Shown: one piece after another, positions 36,585-46,307 of the stretch | How positions within the stretch are numbered: the first letter of the stretch is position 1 | How the letters are laid out: every line of letters starts with the position of its first letter | DNA from: a virus | Reading direction: 5' to 3' (one strand) | DNA: 64,000 bases | Virus record (IMG/VR): IMGVR_UViG_3300009068_004979 | Translations under genes and position numbers: made by a program | The notes under the pieces: generated by a model | The model's input: only the letters and a program-made list of their open reading frames with translations | Told to the model about the DNA's origin: nothing | Database searches by the model: none

Positions 36585-37400
36585 ATGCAACGCAAACTAG
36601 CCTTTGTATCAACTTTAAATAGGGACTACCTTCTAGGGTTCAAGGTATTTTTATATAGCATATTGCAGCATAATCCAAATTTAGATTACGACTATATTAT
36701 TTTTAACGAGGGAGACATAACGCAAGAGGATGTTGCAGAGCTACGTAAAATATATAGTAAAATTATTCTTAAAGAAATTGATACTACTTTTTATAGTGAC
36801 TGCAAATTTCAAGCCTATAGAGCTTGGAAAATAAACCCTGCTCATAGATTGGAAATATTCAAATTAACTGAATATGATAAAATCATATTCTTTGACGCAG
36901 ATATGCTTTGCACTGGTAGTATAGCAGAACTCTTTACTATGAGTCATGATTTTGCTGGCGTTGCACACCCTATGCATGATGCAGGAGATATTTATAACTA
37001 TGGCTATTTCAAGCAAAATAAAGGGTTTAATGGTGGATTAATGGTTGTAGATAAGAAATTTTTAACTGAAAAGACAGTTGATGATTTAAAGAAAATAATA
37101 AGCGGTTATACTTGGTTTGGTAACCAAGCCAGTTTAAACATATATTTTAAAGATACAGTAACATACATTGCAAACAAATATTTTCTCTCCACACCATTTA
37201 TGAATTTTAAAAATATTAAAGAATCGGTAATATGGCATTTTGTTGGAGATAAAAAACCGTGGCATGGTGTTCCTTTTGATGGAAAAAATATTGACGTAAT
37301 GCATATAAAGTATAACAAGCATGTGCTTGGATCTACCGCTTTTCATGTATTAATGAAAGTGCAATCAGTGTACGAGAAGTATCTTGCTAAAGTTTTGTAA
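36585..37400 (+). CDS. Glycosyltransferase family 8-like
   Basis: YDKIIFFDAD, FNGGLMV, NQASLN, HFVG.KKPW. Confidence 0.85.
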   Translation: MQRKLAFVSTLNRDYLLGFKVFLYSILQHNPNLDYDYIIFNEGDITQEDVAELRKIYSKIILKEIDTTFYSDCKFQAYRAWKINPAHRLEIFKLTEYDKIIFFDADMLCTGSIAELFTMSHDFAGVAHPMHDAGDIYNYGYFKQNKGFNGGLMVVDKKFLTEKTVDDLKKIISGYTWFGNQASLNIYFKDTVTYIANKYFLSTPFMNFKNIKESVIWHFVGDKKPWHGVPFDGKNIDVMHIKYNKHVLGSTAFHVLMKVQSVYEKYLAKVL

Positions 37401-38069
37401 TAAACTGCTTCTGCCAAATCCTTCGGTGTTTACTTGTAATTTTCTACTAGTAATGTAGCTATCTATGTGATTAAAGAGTGTTTTATCATGCGTATTGCTT
37501 TCCAGGGTGAATGGCGTAAAAAATATTTTTTTAAAAAATAGTAGATCAAAATTAACTCCATTGACAAAGCAACGTCTTATGAAATCACTATATGGTGTCG
37601 CCACACCATCTTTCATTAATGATTCATCAAAACCTCGCATTTGATCAAATACTTGTTTACCGATAACTAGCAATTTTTCTGTTATTTCTGTTATTTTATT
37701 AGAAACAAGTATATTATCTGGTTTTGTTTTAATTAATTTAGATATGAAATATGCATTTAATATGGTATGATTTGTATTTAAGATAAGAACTTCTCCTTGT
37801 GCAGCTTTGCAAAGTAAATTAAGAGGATGCGAGGCTTGAAAGCGCTGCGGTCTTTCATTTTGATAAAAATTAACCTTTCCGCTTTCTATTGCTTTTGCGT
37901 AATGTTTCTTAATAATTTCATCTACATTTTTTTTGTAAGGGTAATTTAAAATCACTAGCTCATAATTTAAACCAGCCATTTCAAGTAATTTTATATTTGT
38001 ATCAATAGCGGTTTTAGATTGCTCAAGAGTATCATCATAAAATACACAGTAAGAATATTTGGGTTTCAT
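37365..38069 (-). CDS. Divergent GT-A fold protein (GT2/GT7-like, DxD missing)
   Basis: N...K.AQGE.L...; F..M.GFDE...D...R. Confidence 0.5.
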   Translation of the reverse strand: MKPKYSYCVFYDDTLEQSKTAIDTNIKLLEMAGLNYELVILNYPYKKNVDEIIKKHYAKAIESGKVNFYQNERPQRFQASHPLNLLCKAAQGEVLILNTNHTILNAYFISKLIKTKPDNILVSNKITEITEKLLVIGKQVFDQMRGFDESLMKDGVATPYSDFIRRCFVNGVNFDLLFFKKIFFTPFTLESNTHDKTLFNHIDSYITSRKLQVNTEGFGRSSLLQNFSKILLVH

Positions 38070-39448
38070 ATTTTAAAAAACCACGTAGGTAGCGGTTTAT
38101 AAAACCCAACTTTTTCAAAAATTTCTTTGCCTTGATTGTCTACATCTACAAAAGGAAATTTATTAGCCAACATGTATTGCCGCTGGGGTTGTTTAAAATG
38201 TTGATAAATGCTTTTATCAAGCCACAATGTTTCTTGCCAAACTTCCTTATCTAGATATGGGTATCTTACTTCCAATCCATGTAGACCACAACAAAATTCA
38301 CATGAATAGATGTTGTTATCATCAAAATCAATAACGCCGTTAATATCATTAAGCTTTTTAAACAGCTGATTTATGTTCTTGTTCCCAATGACGTCACCTG
38401 CAAGACCAGATAGGCAAATCCTATAGCCCTCTTTCTTGGCTTTTGAAAATATAGCACCAGCTCCTAAGAAGCCATATGTTTCACGACAGACTCGGGACTT
38501 AAACTTGCCTTCATCAAAATAAAAATAACGATAGTCTTCGCATAAACTATAAATGGTGTCTTTTATTTCTTTTAACTCTTTGAACGATAAATTCATGTAT
38601 TCTTTATCTTTTATATTTGGTATCTCTATTTGTATATTCTCAACAACGGGTAGGGGCTTGGTAGCTGTATCATGGCGCCATAATAAAACATTGCTTGGAG
38701 GTGTTTTAACATTTACAGAGAAAGCTTTGAAGTTTAAGTTGTTTTTGAGGAGGCTTGCGCAAATAGTGCCGCTATCAAACCCTTCACTCAAGCCAATGAA
38801 TACTTTCTTATCAACATTGCTTGCTCGTTTTAATATGCTTCTTTCAAATGCAGCATTCCAATCATTAAAATCTGTTTTATACTCATTGTCAAGATCAAAT
38901 TCTGTAACGCGGTGAAGAGCCAAGTTTTTTTTCTTTGTATCTGCTATATAAAAATAATTGCCATATACACGGTGCACTTGCTTAAACCCTAGAATCTTAA
39001 GACAGCTTTCATATGTGGACATACCATATGATTCATTTTCAAACGAAAAAAAGATAGGTTTTGTGCCAAATGTATCTGATCCAAATATAATTTTGTTATT
39101 TTTAAAATCAATTAAAACAATAGCAAACTCACCATCAAGTTGTTTAAAGAATGTTTCACCATACTTTAAATAACATGGAATAAGACATTCACCATCAGAA
39201 GTATATTTGTCAGAAAAAGTTTTATAATTGTAAATTTCACCATTAAAAATACAAACAATGTCATGTTCCATATCAACAAAAGGCTGCTTTGTGAACAATC
39301 CTGTTATGCTGAGTAGGTTGTGTACAAATGTGACACCGCGGTGTTTGAAGATATTAGTAAGGTCTGGACCACGTAATTTTTGATAGAAATTGGCCTTCTC
39401 TAAGTCTTTGCTACTGATATCTTTGCTGGTTACAAGGAAACTGCACAT
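38066..39448 (-). CDS. Asparagine synthetase B-like glutamine amidotransferase
   Basis: N-terminal MC (Ntn), RGPD, NGEIYN, LDGEFA, D.FG.KP, LSEGFDS, EVRYPYLD. Confidence 0.85.
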   Translation of the reverse strand: MCSFLVTSKDISSKDLEKANFYQKLRGPDLTNIFKHRGVTFVHNLLSITGLFTKQPFVDMEHDIVCIFNGEIYNYKTFSDKYTSDGECLIPCYLKYGETFFKQLDGEFAIVLIDFKNNKIIFGSDTFGTKPIFFSFENESYGMSTYESCLKILGFKQVHRVYGNYFYIADTKKKNLALHRVTEFDLDNEYKTDFNDWNAAFERSILKRASNVDKKVFIGLSEGFDSGTICASLLKNNLNFKAFSVNVKTPPSNVLLWRHDTATKPLPVVENIQIEIPNIKDKEYMNLSFKELKEIKDTIYSLCEDYRYFYFDEGKFKSRVCRETYGFLGAGAIFSKAKKEGYRICLSGLAGDVIGNKNINQLFKKLNDINGVIDFDDNNIYSCEFCCGLHGLEVRYPYLDKEVWQETLWLDKSIYQHFKQPQRQYMLANKFPFVDVDNQGKEIFEKVGFYKPLPTWFFKI

Positions 39449-39502
39449 ATAATTAATTATGACATAAATTGAAAATAGCATTTTCTTTATTAAATCATTT
39501 AA

Positions 39503-40654
39503 ATGATGGATGCAGAGTTTTGTATTTTGCCATGGGTTTCTCTTTATATTCGGGCAGATGGTAACATTTATCCGTGTGAGAGTGTAGCATGGAGCGGTGA
39601 CGATTATCTATTGGGCAATATAGAAGATTGTTCATTGGAGCAAGCATGGAATCATAGAGTGATGTGTGAATTGAGAAAAAAGGTTCTTCAATTAGGTACT
39701 TGCGAGCTCTCTAATGTTCAAAAAAATTCATGCATGTATTTGATCAATCACAGTCTTTATGCTGAAGCATATAAAAATGTAACAAAAACGCAACCAGACG
39801 GAACAGCTGAATTTACATTGCAAGCATTATTCTTAGAACGTTCAAACATGTGCAATTTGAAATGCATTTACTGCTGTGCTACTAGCAGCTCTATTTGGGA
39901 GAAAGAATCTGATGTAAAGATTAAGAAAATACCTGATGAAGATTATGATAAAAAATTGTTACCGTATCTTAATAAATTAAAAGAAATTTTTCTTTCTGGT
40001 GGTGAGCCGGTAATTAATCCTTATAACTATAAAATTTTAACTTATCTTTTAGAGCATAATCCTAATATACAAATCGGTATAGCAACAAACTTAACCTATG
40101 ATATTAACAAGTATAGTAAATTTTTTACAGCCTTATCAAAATTTACTAATACCCGAGTTTTTTGTAGTATTGATGATGAAGGCGAACGTTTTGAAAATAT
40201 AAGGGTAAATTCAAAATGGTCGCTAGTTAAGAGAAATTTGCGTGTCTTAAAGCAGTATAATGTTAAGATGTATTTTAATTCTGTAATCTCAATTTTAAAT
40301 GCATTTTATTTTAAAGAATTTCATAAAAACCTTATAAATGATAATATATTAGATATAGATAGTGTTCGCTATATAACACTTGCGGGTCCTGGCAATTTGT
40401 GTATTCAAGGTTTATCTGATAATAAAAAGGATGAATTAAAATCCTATCTTTTACAATACTATGCATTTTTGCGAAGCAAAGAAAATAACAAGCACAATAT
40501 AGACACTTATCCAAATTATAAAAAACCGTCGGATGCAATAAAACAAATTATAGAATTTTTATATGCCCGAACAGGTAGTGAAGCATACTTGCAAAATATC
40601 ACTAAATATGTTCCTGAGTGTGTATTACAAAAAACGTTTATGAAATTATTTTAA
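39503..40654 (+). CDS. Radical SAM protein with N-terminal twitch/SPASM domain
   Basis: FCILPW...DG...PC; CNLKCIYC; GGEP. Confidence 0.9.
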   Translation: MMDAEFCILPWVSLYIRADGNIYPCESVAWSGDDYLLGNIEDCSLEQAWNHRVMCELRKKVLQLGTCELSNVQKNSCMYLINHSLYAEAYKNVTKTQPDGTAEFTLQALFLERSNMCNLKCIYCCATSSSIWEKESDVKIKKIPDEDYDKKLLPYLNKLKEIFLSGGEPVINPYNYKILTYLLEHNPNIQIGIATNLTYDINKYSKFFTALSKFTNTRVFCSIDDEGERFENIRVNSKWSLVKRNLRVLKQYNVKMYFNSVISILNAFYFKEFHKNLINDNILDIDSVRYITLAGPGNLCIQGLSDNKKDELKSYLLQYYAFLRSKENNKHNIDTYPNYKKPSDAIKQIIEFLYARTGSEAYLQNITKYVPECVLQKTFMKLF

Positions 40655-40933
40655 TTTTACAGTTCCTATTGTATAGTTTTCTGAAAGCTCGTAAATAGAA
40701 TTTCCTATATAAATTCCTTTATCAAGATCATAATATGTGAATCCGCTGTTGTTTTTTTCTGATTCATTATATTTTATAATGAATATGTTTTTATTTAATA
40801 TACTTCTCTCGTAGGTGCCTTTTGAATATGGCATGCCTTTGTTATTATGAGTCAAAAATGTGCCGTCGTTATTTAAAACTGTAACATATTCATTGGGCTT
40901 ACCTTCATCTGAATGCAATTCTATATAGTTCAT
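40646..40933 (-). CDS. Hypothetical beta-rich protein
   Basis: 95-aa ORF between radical SAM and GT genes. Confidence 0.5.
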   Translation of the reverse strand: MNYIELHSDEGKPNEYVTVLNNDGTFLTHNNKGMPYSKGTYERSILNKNIFIIKYNESEKNNSGFTYYDLDKGIYIGNSIYELSENYTIGTVKLK

Positions 40934-41873
40934 GGATTACAAAATTAAAATGTTTAAGTACTTAGTGTCAAATATTTGCTTTATAACTGATAATTTACTG
41001 CCAAATTATTTGGAAAAACCTGTATATTATCGATTTCGTGATGGGCCATTAGCATTTACAGGCAAGTATATACACACAGCTTATAACTATTGGATACTAA
41101 AGAATGCTGGTGTTAAGAATGTTAAATTGATAACGAACACTGACGACATAGGTGATGATGATATTTTATTTTTTCATTATGAATATGCAGATAAAATAGA
41201 TTTTAGTAAGCCGTATCCTAAGTTACAGATTTTATCTGACAAGTATAGAGTAGAGGGTGCTGATGCATATTGTGTATATGACCCTTCACATATGGGCCCT
41301 ACAGATGTGCTGTTGTATGACCCATTGCCTGTGGGGCTACAGAGAAAGCGGACTAATGATATACCGCAGATATTTCATTGCAATACCTCTCTGCATTGGA
41401 TGCCAAGTTTTTTAAAGGATGTATCTTTTCTGCAGCAGCTTCAAAAAGAAAATATTCATATTACATTTGAGCATAAAAGACATTATACTAATCAAGATTT
41501 TGATGTGTTCTTTTTTATAAGAGACATAAGTTGTTTAGAGGAAGAAGATGAAGATGGGTCACGACACCATAAAATACATCATTATAAAAATGCAGCAAGA
41601 TTGTTTCAGTCGTGGCACATGGGTGTACCAGGTATCTTTAGTCATCATCCATCCATGGCGTATCTCAAAAAAACTGAGTATGATTATCTGGAGGCGAACA
41701 CTAAGGATGAATTTATTAGTAAATGCAGGCTGTTAAAAACTAATAATGATTACTACAAGCAAATGATACTGAACTGTGACAGACGCGCCGGTGAATTTAC
41801 TAATTCAGCAATAGTCGAACAAATTAGCGACATAATAAAAAAATATCATAAGGAATTAGTTTATGAAATCTGA
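40932..41873 (+). CDS. Putative GT-B fold glycosyltransferase
   Basis: C-terminal DVFF..R...YKNAARL..SW..GVP, GT4-like donor-binding motif. Confidence 0.55.
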   Translation: MDYKIKMFKYLVSNICFITDNLLPNYLEKPVYYRFRDGPLAFTGKYIHTAYNYWILKNAGVKNVKLITNTDDIGDDDILFFHYEYADKIDFSKPYPKLQILSDKYRVEGADAYCVYDPSHMGPTDVLLYDPLPVGLQRKRTNDIPQIFHCNTSLHWMPSFLKDVSFLQQLQKENIHITFEHKRHYTNQDFDVFFFIRDISCLEEEDEDGSRHHKIHHYKNAARLFQSWHMGVPGIFSHHPSMAYLKKTEYDYLEANTKDEFISKCRLLKTNNDYYKQMILNCDRRAGEFTNSAIVEQISDIIKKYHKELVYEI

Positions 41874-43056
41874 TTGTTTTTGCATTGTACCGTTTGTTTC
41901 ACTATACCGTTCTCATGATAGTAATGTTTACCCCTGTCCTGTGATGGCTTCTTATCCTGAAATGAAGCTCACCACTACAGATAATACATTAAGCGGTGCA
42001 TGGTATTCAGAAAAATTTGTACAATTTAAAAAGGATATGCTTGAAGGCAGAACAAATAAGATATGCACGCAAAGATGTTTGCAGCATGTAAATTCGTGCC
42101 GCACATACTTTGGTACAGAGCTACTTCCATATGTAGAAAAAGATATTGAATTATTTGAGCAAACTGGCACACAAGCATTTAAGCTTCTTTCTAATGATAT
42201 TTTTGATACAAATAAATGCAATTTAAAATGCATTTACTGTAATGCTGATTACAGTTTTCTACATAGTAAAGACTATGTCTTAAAAACTGCACAGCATTGG
42301 GATTCATTTGTAACTGAATTTTCTAGTTATTACAAAGATCTTAAGGAATTGTGGTTTGCATCTGGTGAGAGTGTGCTTCAATCCAAATATTATTATATTT
42401 TAAATACTTTATTAGCAAATGGTAAAACTGACGTACATATAAACTTTATTACTAATATGACATCTTTAGGTACACCCAGCATGTATGATTTGCTTGCTAA
42501 ATTTGAACGTGTTACTGTGTTTGTAAGTGTTGATGGCGATAAACATGTAACTGAATTTTTACGGCAAAACAGCAATTACGAGAATATAATTAAAAATTTA
42601 AAAGCTATAATGCAGTATAATAAGTTTAAAATTATATTACAACCAGTGATGAGTAATATTAATATTCTTTATTTTCCAAAATTTCATTACCAAATGGTAA
42701 AGTTAGGATTGCTCAAAAAAGATAATGTTCGATACTATGTTTTAAATTCACCTGCTCATTTTAATATTAAAGTTCTACCAGAAGCATTAAAAAAGAAAGT
42801 GCTTGTAGAATACGAACCATATATCAAGTGGTTGCTTGAAGAAAAAGATATAGATGTATCTGCAAATAACGAGCACCCAGTAGTAAAGGTGCAGAAAATG
42901 TTGCAGTATATGCAAACAGGTGAACTAAGACCAGAATGGTTTGGTGCACTGCATACATTTTTAATAGAAAACAATCTCATAAATAATTTTAAAGAAGCCT
43001 TCCCGGAATTACAGGAGCTATACTATGCATCAAAAATACATACAACAAAAAATTAA
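41863..43056 (+). CDS. Radical SAM protein with N-terminal twitch/SPASM domain
   Basis: FCIVPF...YPC; CNLKCIYC; SGE; TN; SVDG. Confidence 0.9.
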   Translation: MKSDCFCIVPFVSLYRSHDSNVYPCPVMASYPEMKLTTTDNTLSGAWYSEKFVQFKKDMLEGRTNKICTQRCLQHVNSCRTYFGTELLPYVEKDIELFEQTGTQAFKLLSNDIFDTNKCNLKCIYCNADYSFLHSKDYVLKTAQHWDSFVTEFSSYYKDLKELWFASGESVLQSKYYYILNTLLANGKTDVHINFITNMTSLGTPSMYDLLAKFERVTVFVSVDGDKHVTEFLRQNSNYENIIKNLKAIMQYNKFKIILQPVMSNINILYFPKFHYQMVKLGLLKKDNVRYYVLNSPAHFNIKVLPEALKKKVLVEYEPYIKWLLEEKDIDVSANNEHPVVKVQKMLQYMQTGELRPEWFGALHTFLIENNLINNFKEAFPELQELYYASKIHTTKN

Positions 43057-43804
43057 ACACTTTTTAAATAACACCCAAATTAAAAATTTTTTAGACACAT
43101 GCAGCAACACTAATTTAGGTAAAAAACACAAGAACCTTGCCTTGCTGTTTTCATTTAATATTCAGAAAGACGAAATAGTCGCATCAAAACTATATTTTGA
43201 ATTGTATAGATTGTTCAGGCCTTCAGAGATATCTAAATTTTTGCCAGTTACAAAGGACTTTCTAAAGCTGCAATTGTATTGGAATAAGAATCTCGACTCA
43301 TCACTTTGTTTTGGTATCAAAGAAATTAATGGTAAGATAGTGCATTATTTTCATATCAAAACAGATAAAGTATATAACCGTAGAATTCTACCTGCAACTA
43401 GTTGCTTCAACAAACACAACATTGGCATATCTTACGAATACGGTGATGGTAAAGCAGTTAGAAAGATTTATGCTTATTTAACTGAAAAAAAAGACATCAA
43501 CAAATTTTTACACGAAAACGGGTCACAGTACGACACAGACATGTTAGATCATATTGAATACACAGAGACCTCAGATGGTACAAAAAAATACATTCTCGTC
43601 AATGACTTGAACAAATATCCAAAGATCAGCAAGGTAGTATTTACTCAAAATACACATGATGCCATTGATTATATGGAGCAATATGGAGCACAGCCTGTGT
43701 TTTACGGTCATTATCTAGACAAAGACATAACCAGTTTGTATTTTAGTTTTACTAAGAATAGGGACAACTTCAATGCCTTTTATAATTCACACGCATCAAA
43801 ATAA
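43025..43804 (+). CDS. Hypothetical protein, possible ABBA prenyltransferase-like fold
   Basis: Repeated beta-hairpins ending in KLYF, HYF, KIYAY, KYIL and SLYF. Confidence 0.35.
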   Translation: MHQKYIQQKIKHFLNNTQIKNFLDTCSNTNLGKKHKNLALLFSFNIQKDEIVASKLYFELYRLFRPSEISKFLPVTKDFLKLQLYWNKNLDSSLCFGIKEINGKIVHYFHIKTDKVYNRRILPATSCFNKHNIGISYEYGDGKAVRKIYAYLTEKKDINKFLHENGSQYDTDMLDHIEYTETSDGTKKYILVNDLNKYPKISKVVFTQNTHDAIDYMEQYGAQPVFYGHYLDKDITSLYFSFTKNRDNFNAFYNSHASK

Positions 43805-45336
43805 TCTGCTAGCTCAGGAAAAATATTTCGAGCATTTTCATTACGAAGTGCATCTAGCTTCTGTGTTGTATCTTTAAAAAGACTGCGAGTATCATAGTCT
43901 TTTTCATTCATATATATTAACACCTTATTGAAATGTTGTTTTAGCTCTATCGATAAATTATGCTGTTCTTTAAATTCTGAATAAGCTTTTGTAACTTTTA
44001 GCTTAAATTCTTTTGTAAGACTACGAATATCATAAATTTTTGGCTGCTCTAGAAAGCTCAGATGAAAGGATGTTGTACTGCCATCAATGAATTTTAATTT
44101 GGTGAGATATGTATACATTTCGAGCAAATGAAGAACATTAAAAATTTGAACTGTAACAAATATCTTGAAGGTACAATGGGGCACTTCTTTGTGTAGGTAG
44201 AAACGGTTATTAAAGAAATCTTTCCAAATCAATCCTTTGCGAATATATTCACCGCGGTCCTTTATACCATCTAGACTAGCTTTTACAGTGATGTTACTAA
44301 ACAGTTTCCATGTCTGGCAAATGTCTCTGTTGAAGAACTTCAAGTTAGAAAAATTAGTATTGTAAGTAAGATCAACATCAAGGCGTTTTTTTTCAACAAG
44401 CATATCTAAGATATCATAGTGCTCTTTTATCATCAATGGCTCACCACCAGCAAAATTAATTTTTTCTGCTGTATCCACAATGTGAGGTAGATCTGGATAC
44501 ACATTATCCCACACATTAAAAATAGTTTTTTTACCGGAATTCCAGCCCAGCTTCTTCTCATCTTCATACCAAGCTGAGCTTGAATGAGAACTGCACGTGC
44601 GGCATTTGAAGTTGCACAAGTTAGATATTCTAAAATCTGCATAAGCTAAATTAAATGCGTCTACTGATCCATCTTCATTTGTAGCAGTTACTTTATCAAA
44701 ATGATGACTATAATTAGAATTAAAAAACTTTCTATATGAGCTGCCCCAACGCATTTCATTAAGCTTGCAGACTTCACAGGATGGCACATATTTACCAGTG
44801 AGCATGTTTAATCTTATTTTTTTGAGCTTATCAGAGTTCCACAGTTCTTTGAGTGTATTATGTTTTAAATTGCCTAGTAATGTCTTCTTATTCTTGCAAC
44901 ACGGGAATACATATCCTGAGCTTTGCATGTACATGTGCATCCATGGTGCCATGCAGAAGTTATCACTTGCAAACATTTTTTCAGAATTCAAATTTTTAAT
45001 AAAATCTTTATCTAATTTCTCTACGCTATCTCCTTCTGGTGATGTTATCATTAATACTTCATCAACTAGCCTATATGTAAACGCGCGCTCGAAATTACCA
45101 TCATTATAGTTCACAGTAAAAATACATACATTAGTATTGTCTTGCAAAACAAATGTTCCATTCACTGTAGTATCCACTGTTATTTGATATGTGCTACCTG
45201 TCTTTTTAAAATTACCTACAAGTCGAGGCGCGCCATCATCTGATGTAAAGAAATAGAACGAGTCTTTATTTAGATCGAAACTAATTTTACCGAAGTAATC
45301 GCCTCCCTCATAGAGGTAGTAGGAATAAGCGTTCAT
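43780..45336 (-). CDS. Twitch-domain radical SAM protein with additional N-terminal beta-domain
   Basis: FCMAPW...PCC...C..C; SNLCNFKCRTC; GGEP; SLDG. Confidence 0.9.
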   Translation of the reverse strand: MNAYSYYLYEGGDYFGKISFDLNKDSFYFFTSDDGAPRLVGNFKKTGSTYQITVDTTVNGTFVLQDNTNVCIFTVNYNDGNFERAFTYRLVDEVLMITSPEGDSVEKLDKDFIKNLNSEKMFASDNFCMAPWMHMYMQSSGYVFPCCKNKKTLLGNLKHNTLKELWNSDKLKKIRLNMLTGKYVPSCEVCKLNEMRWGSSYRKFFNSNYSHHFDKVTATNEDGSVDAFNLAYADFRISNLCNFKCRTCSSHSSSAWYEDEKKLGWNSGKKTIFNVWDNVYPDLPHIVDTAEKINFAGGEPLMIKEHYDILDMLVEKKRLDVDLTYNTNFSNLKFFNRDICQTWKLFSNITVKASLDGIKDRGEYIRKGLIWKDFFNNRFYLHKEVPHCTFKIFVTVQIFNVLHLLEMYTYLTKLKFIDGSTTSFHLSFLEQPKIYDIRSLTKEFKLKVTKAYSEFKEQHNLSIELKQHFNKVLIYMNEKDYDTRSLFKDTTQKLDALRNENARNIFPELADYFDACEL

Positions 45337-46274
45337 CTGATACCAACAACATAATTTGGTGCTGGTAATAGTAAGGATGGCCAGAAAGAGAAAAGCTGCT
45401 TAGGCGTTTTAAATTGTGTGAAATCCACATCATTGATCACATTGTTAATTAGCTCTTTAATGAATGCTAATTCTTCCAGATCTTGCGCACTACCATGGGT
45501 TTTAATAGCTTCCTCTTCATCTGTTAAGTTTTTAATGGAATCAAGTGCATGCTGTTGAATGCATTGTTTCCACGTATTAATACACTTTTGCATTGTTTCA
45601 GCTGAAGTATCAGTTAAAAGTTTAATTGGCAATTCACACACCTCGCAAGCTCTAACATAGCTAATATAATCAAATATATTGGGAAAATTCTTATCAAAAA
45701 ATGCAATGACCTTCTCCACTTCTTCTTTTTCGTAAAGTTCTATGACTGGTTCTGTAAAGGTTAAAAATTTTTGTTTGTCTTGCTCATCAAATGTGTGTGT
45801 GAAATTATCAAGCTTCTCTTTAATGATTTTATAAGCATTTTTAATAATAAAAAGTTTCTGCATGGTTTCATTGCTTACATAGTTGTTTTCAAAATTATTT
45901 GCTGATAGTTTTTTGCCTCGTTCACGAATCTGATCTAAAGCTTGCTTTTGATATTCAAAAAACTCTTGTGGGGAGATCTTACCTTCGTTTGCTTCATTAA
46001 ACACATATTCTGGGAATACTTCAAATGGCAACTCATACATTTCAAAGGAGTCAATTAAATCTAAATTGATTTCATAAATTAAATTATTTTTTACATCATA
46101 TACAGTAGCCATGTTATTAAAGACAGGCATCGATGCGACAGTTCCATGCAAGTATTTTATAATTTCAGGGCTCCTGGTAATATACAATGAATAATGCCCA
46201 TCATTTGTCACATCATATTTGATTCTGAGCATGACTTTATCCAAGCCACGTGTGAAATACTGTTTACGATCCAT
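45333..46274 (-). CDS. Hypothetical protein linking the fibre genes and the modification island
   Basis: 313-aa ORF; TAAATT-N5-ATG upstream. Confidence 0.65.
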   Translation of the reverse strand: MDRKQYFTRGLDKVMLRIKYDVTNDGHYSLYITRSPEIIKYLHGTVASMPVFNNMATVYDVKNNLIYEINLDLIDSFEMYELPFEVFPEYVFNEANEGKISPQEFFEYQKQALDQIRERGKKLSANNFENNYVSNETMQKLFIIKNAYKIIKEKLDNFTHTFDEQDKQKFLTFTEPVIELYEKEEVEKVIAFFDKNFPNIFDYISYVRACEVCELPIKLLTDTSAETMQKCINTWKQCIQQHALDSIKNLTDEEEAIKTHGSAQDLEELAFIKELINNVINDVDFTQFKTPKQLFSFWPSLLLPAPNYVVGIR

Positions 46275-46307
46275 ACAAAAATTTATACAGATATTCTAAG
46301 AAATCAA

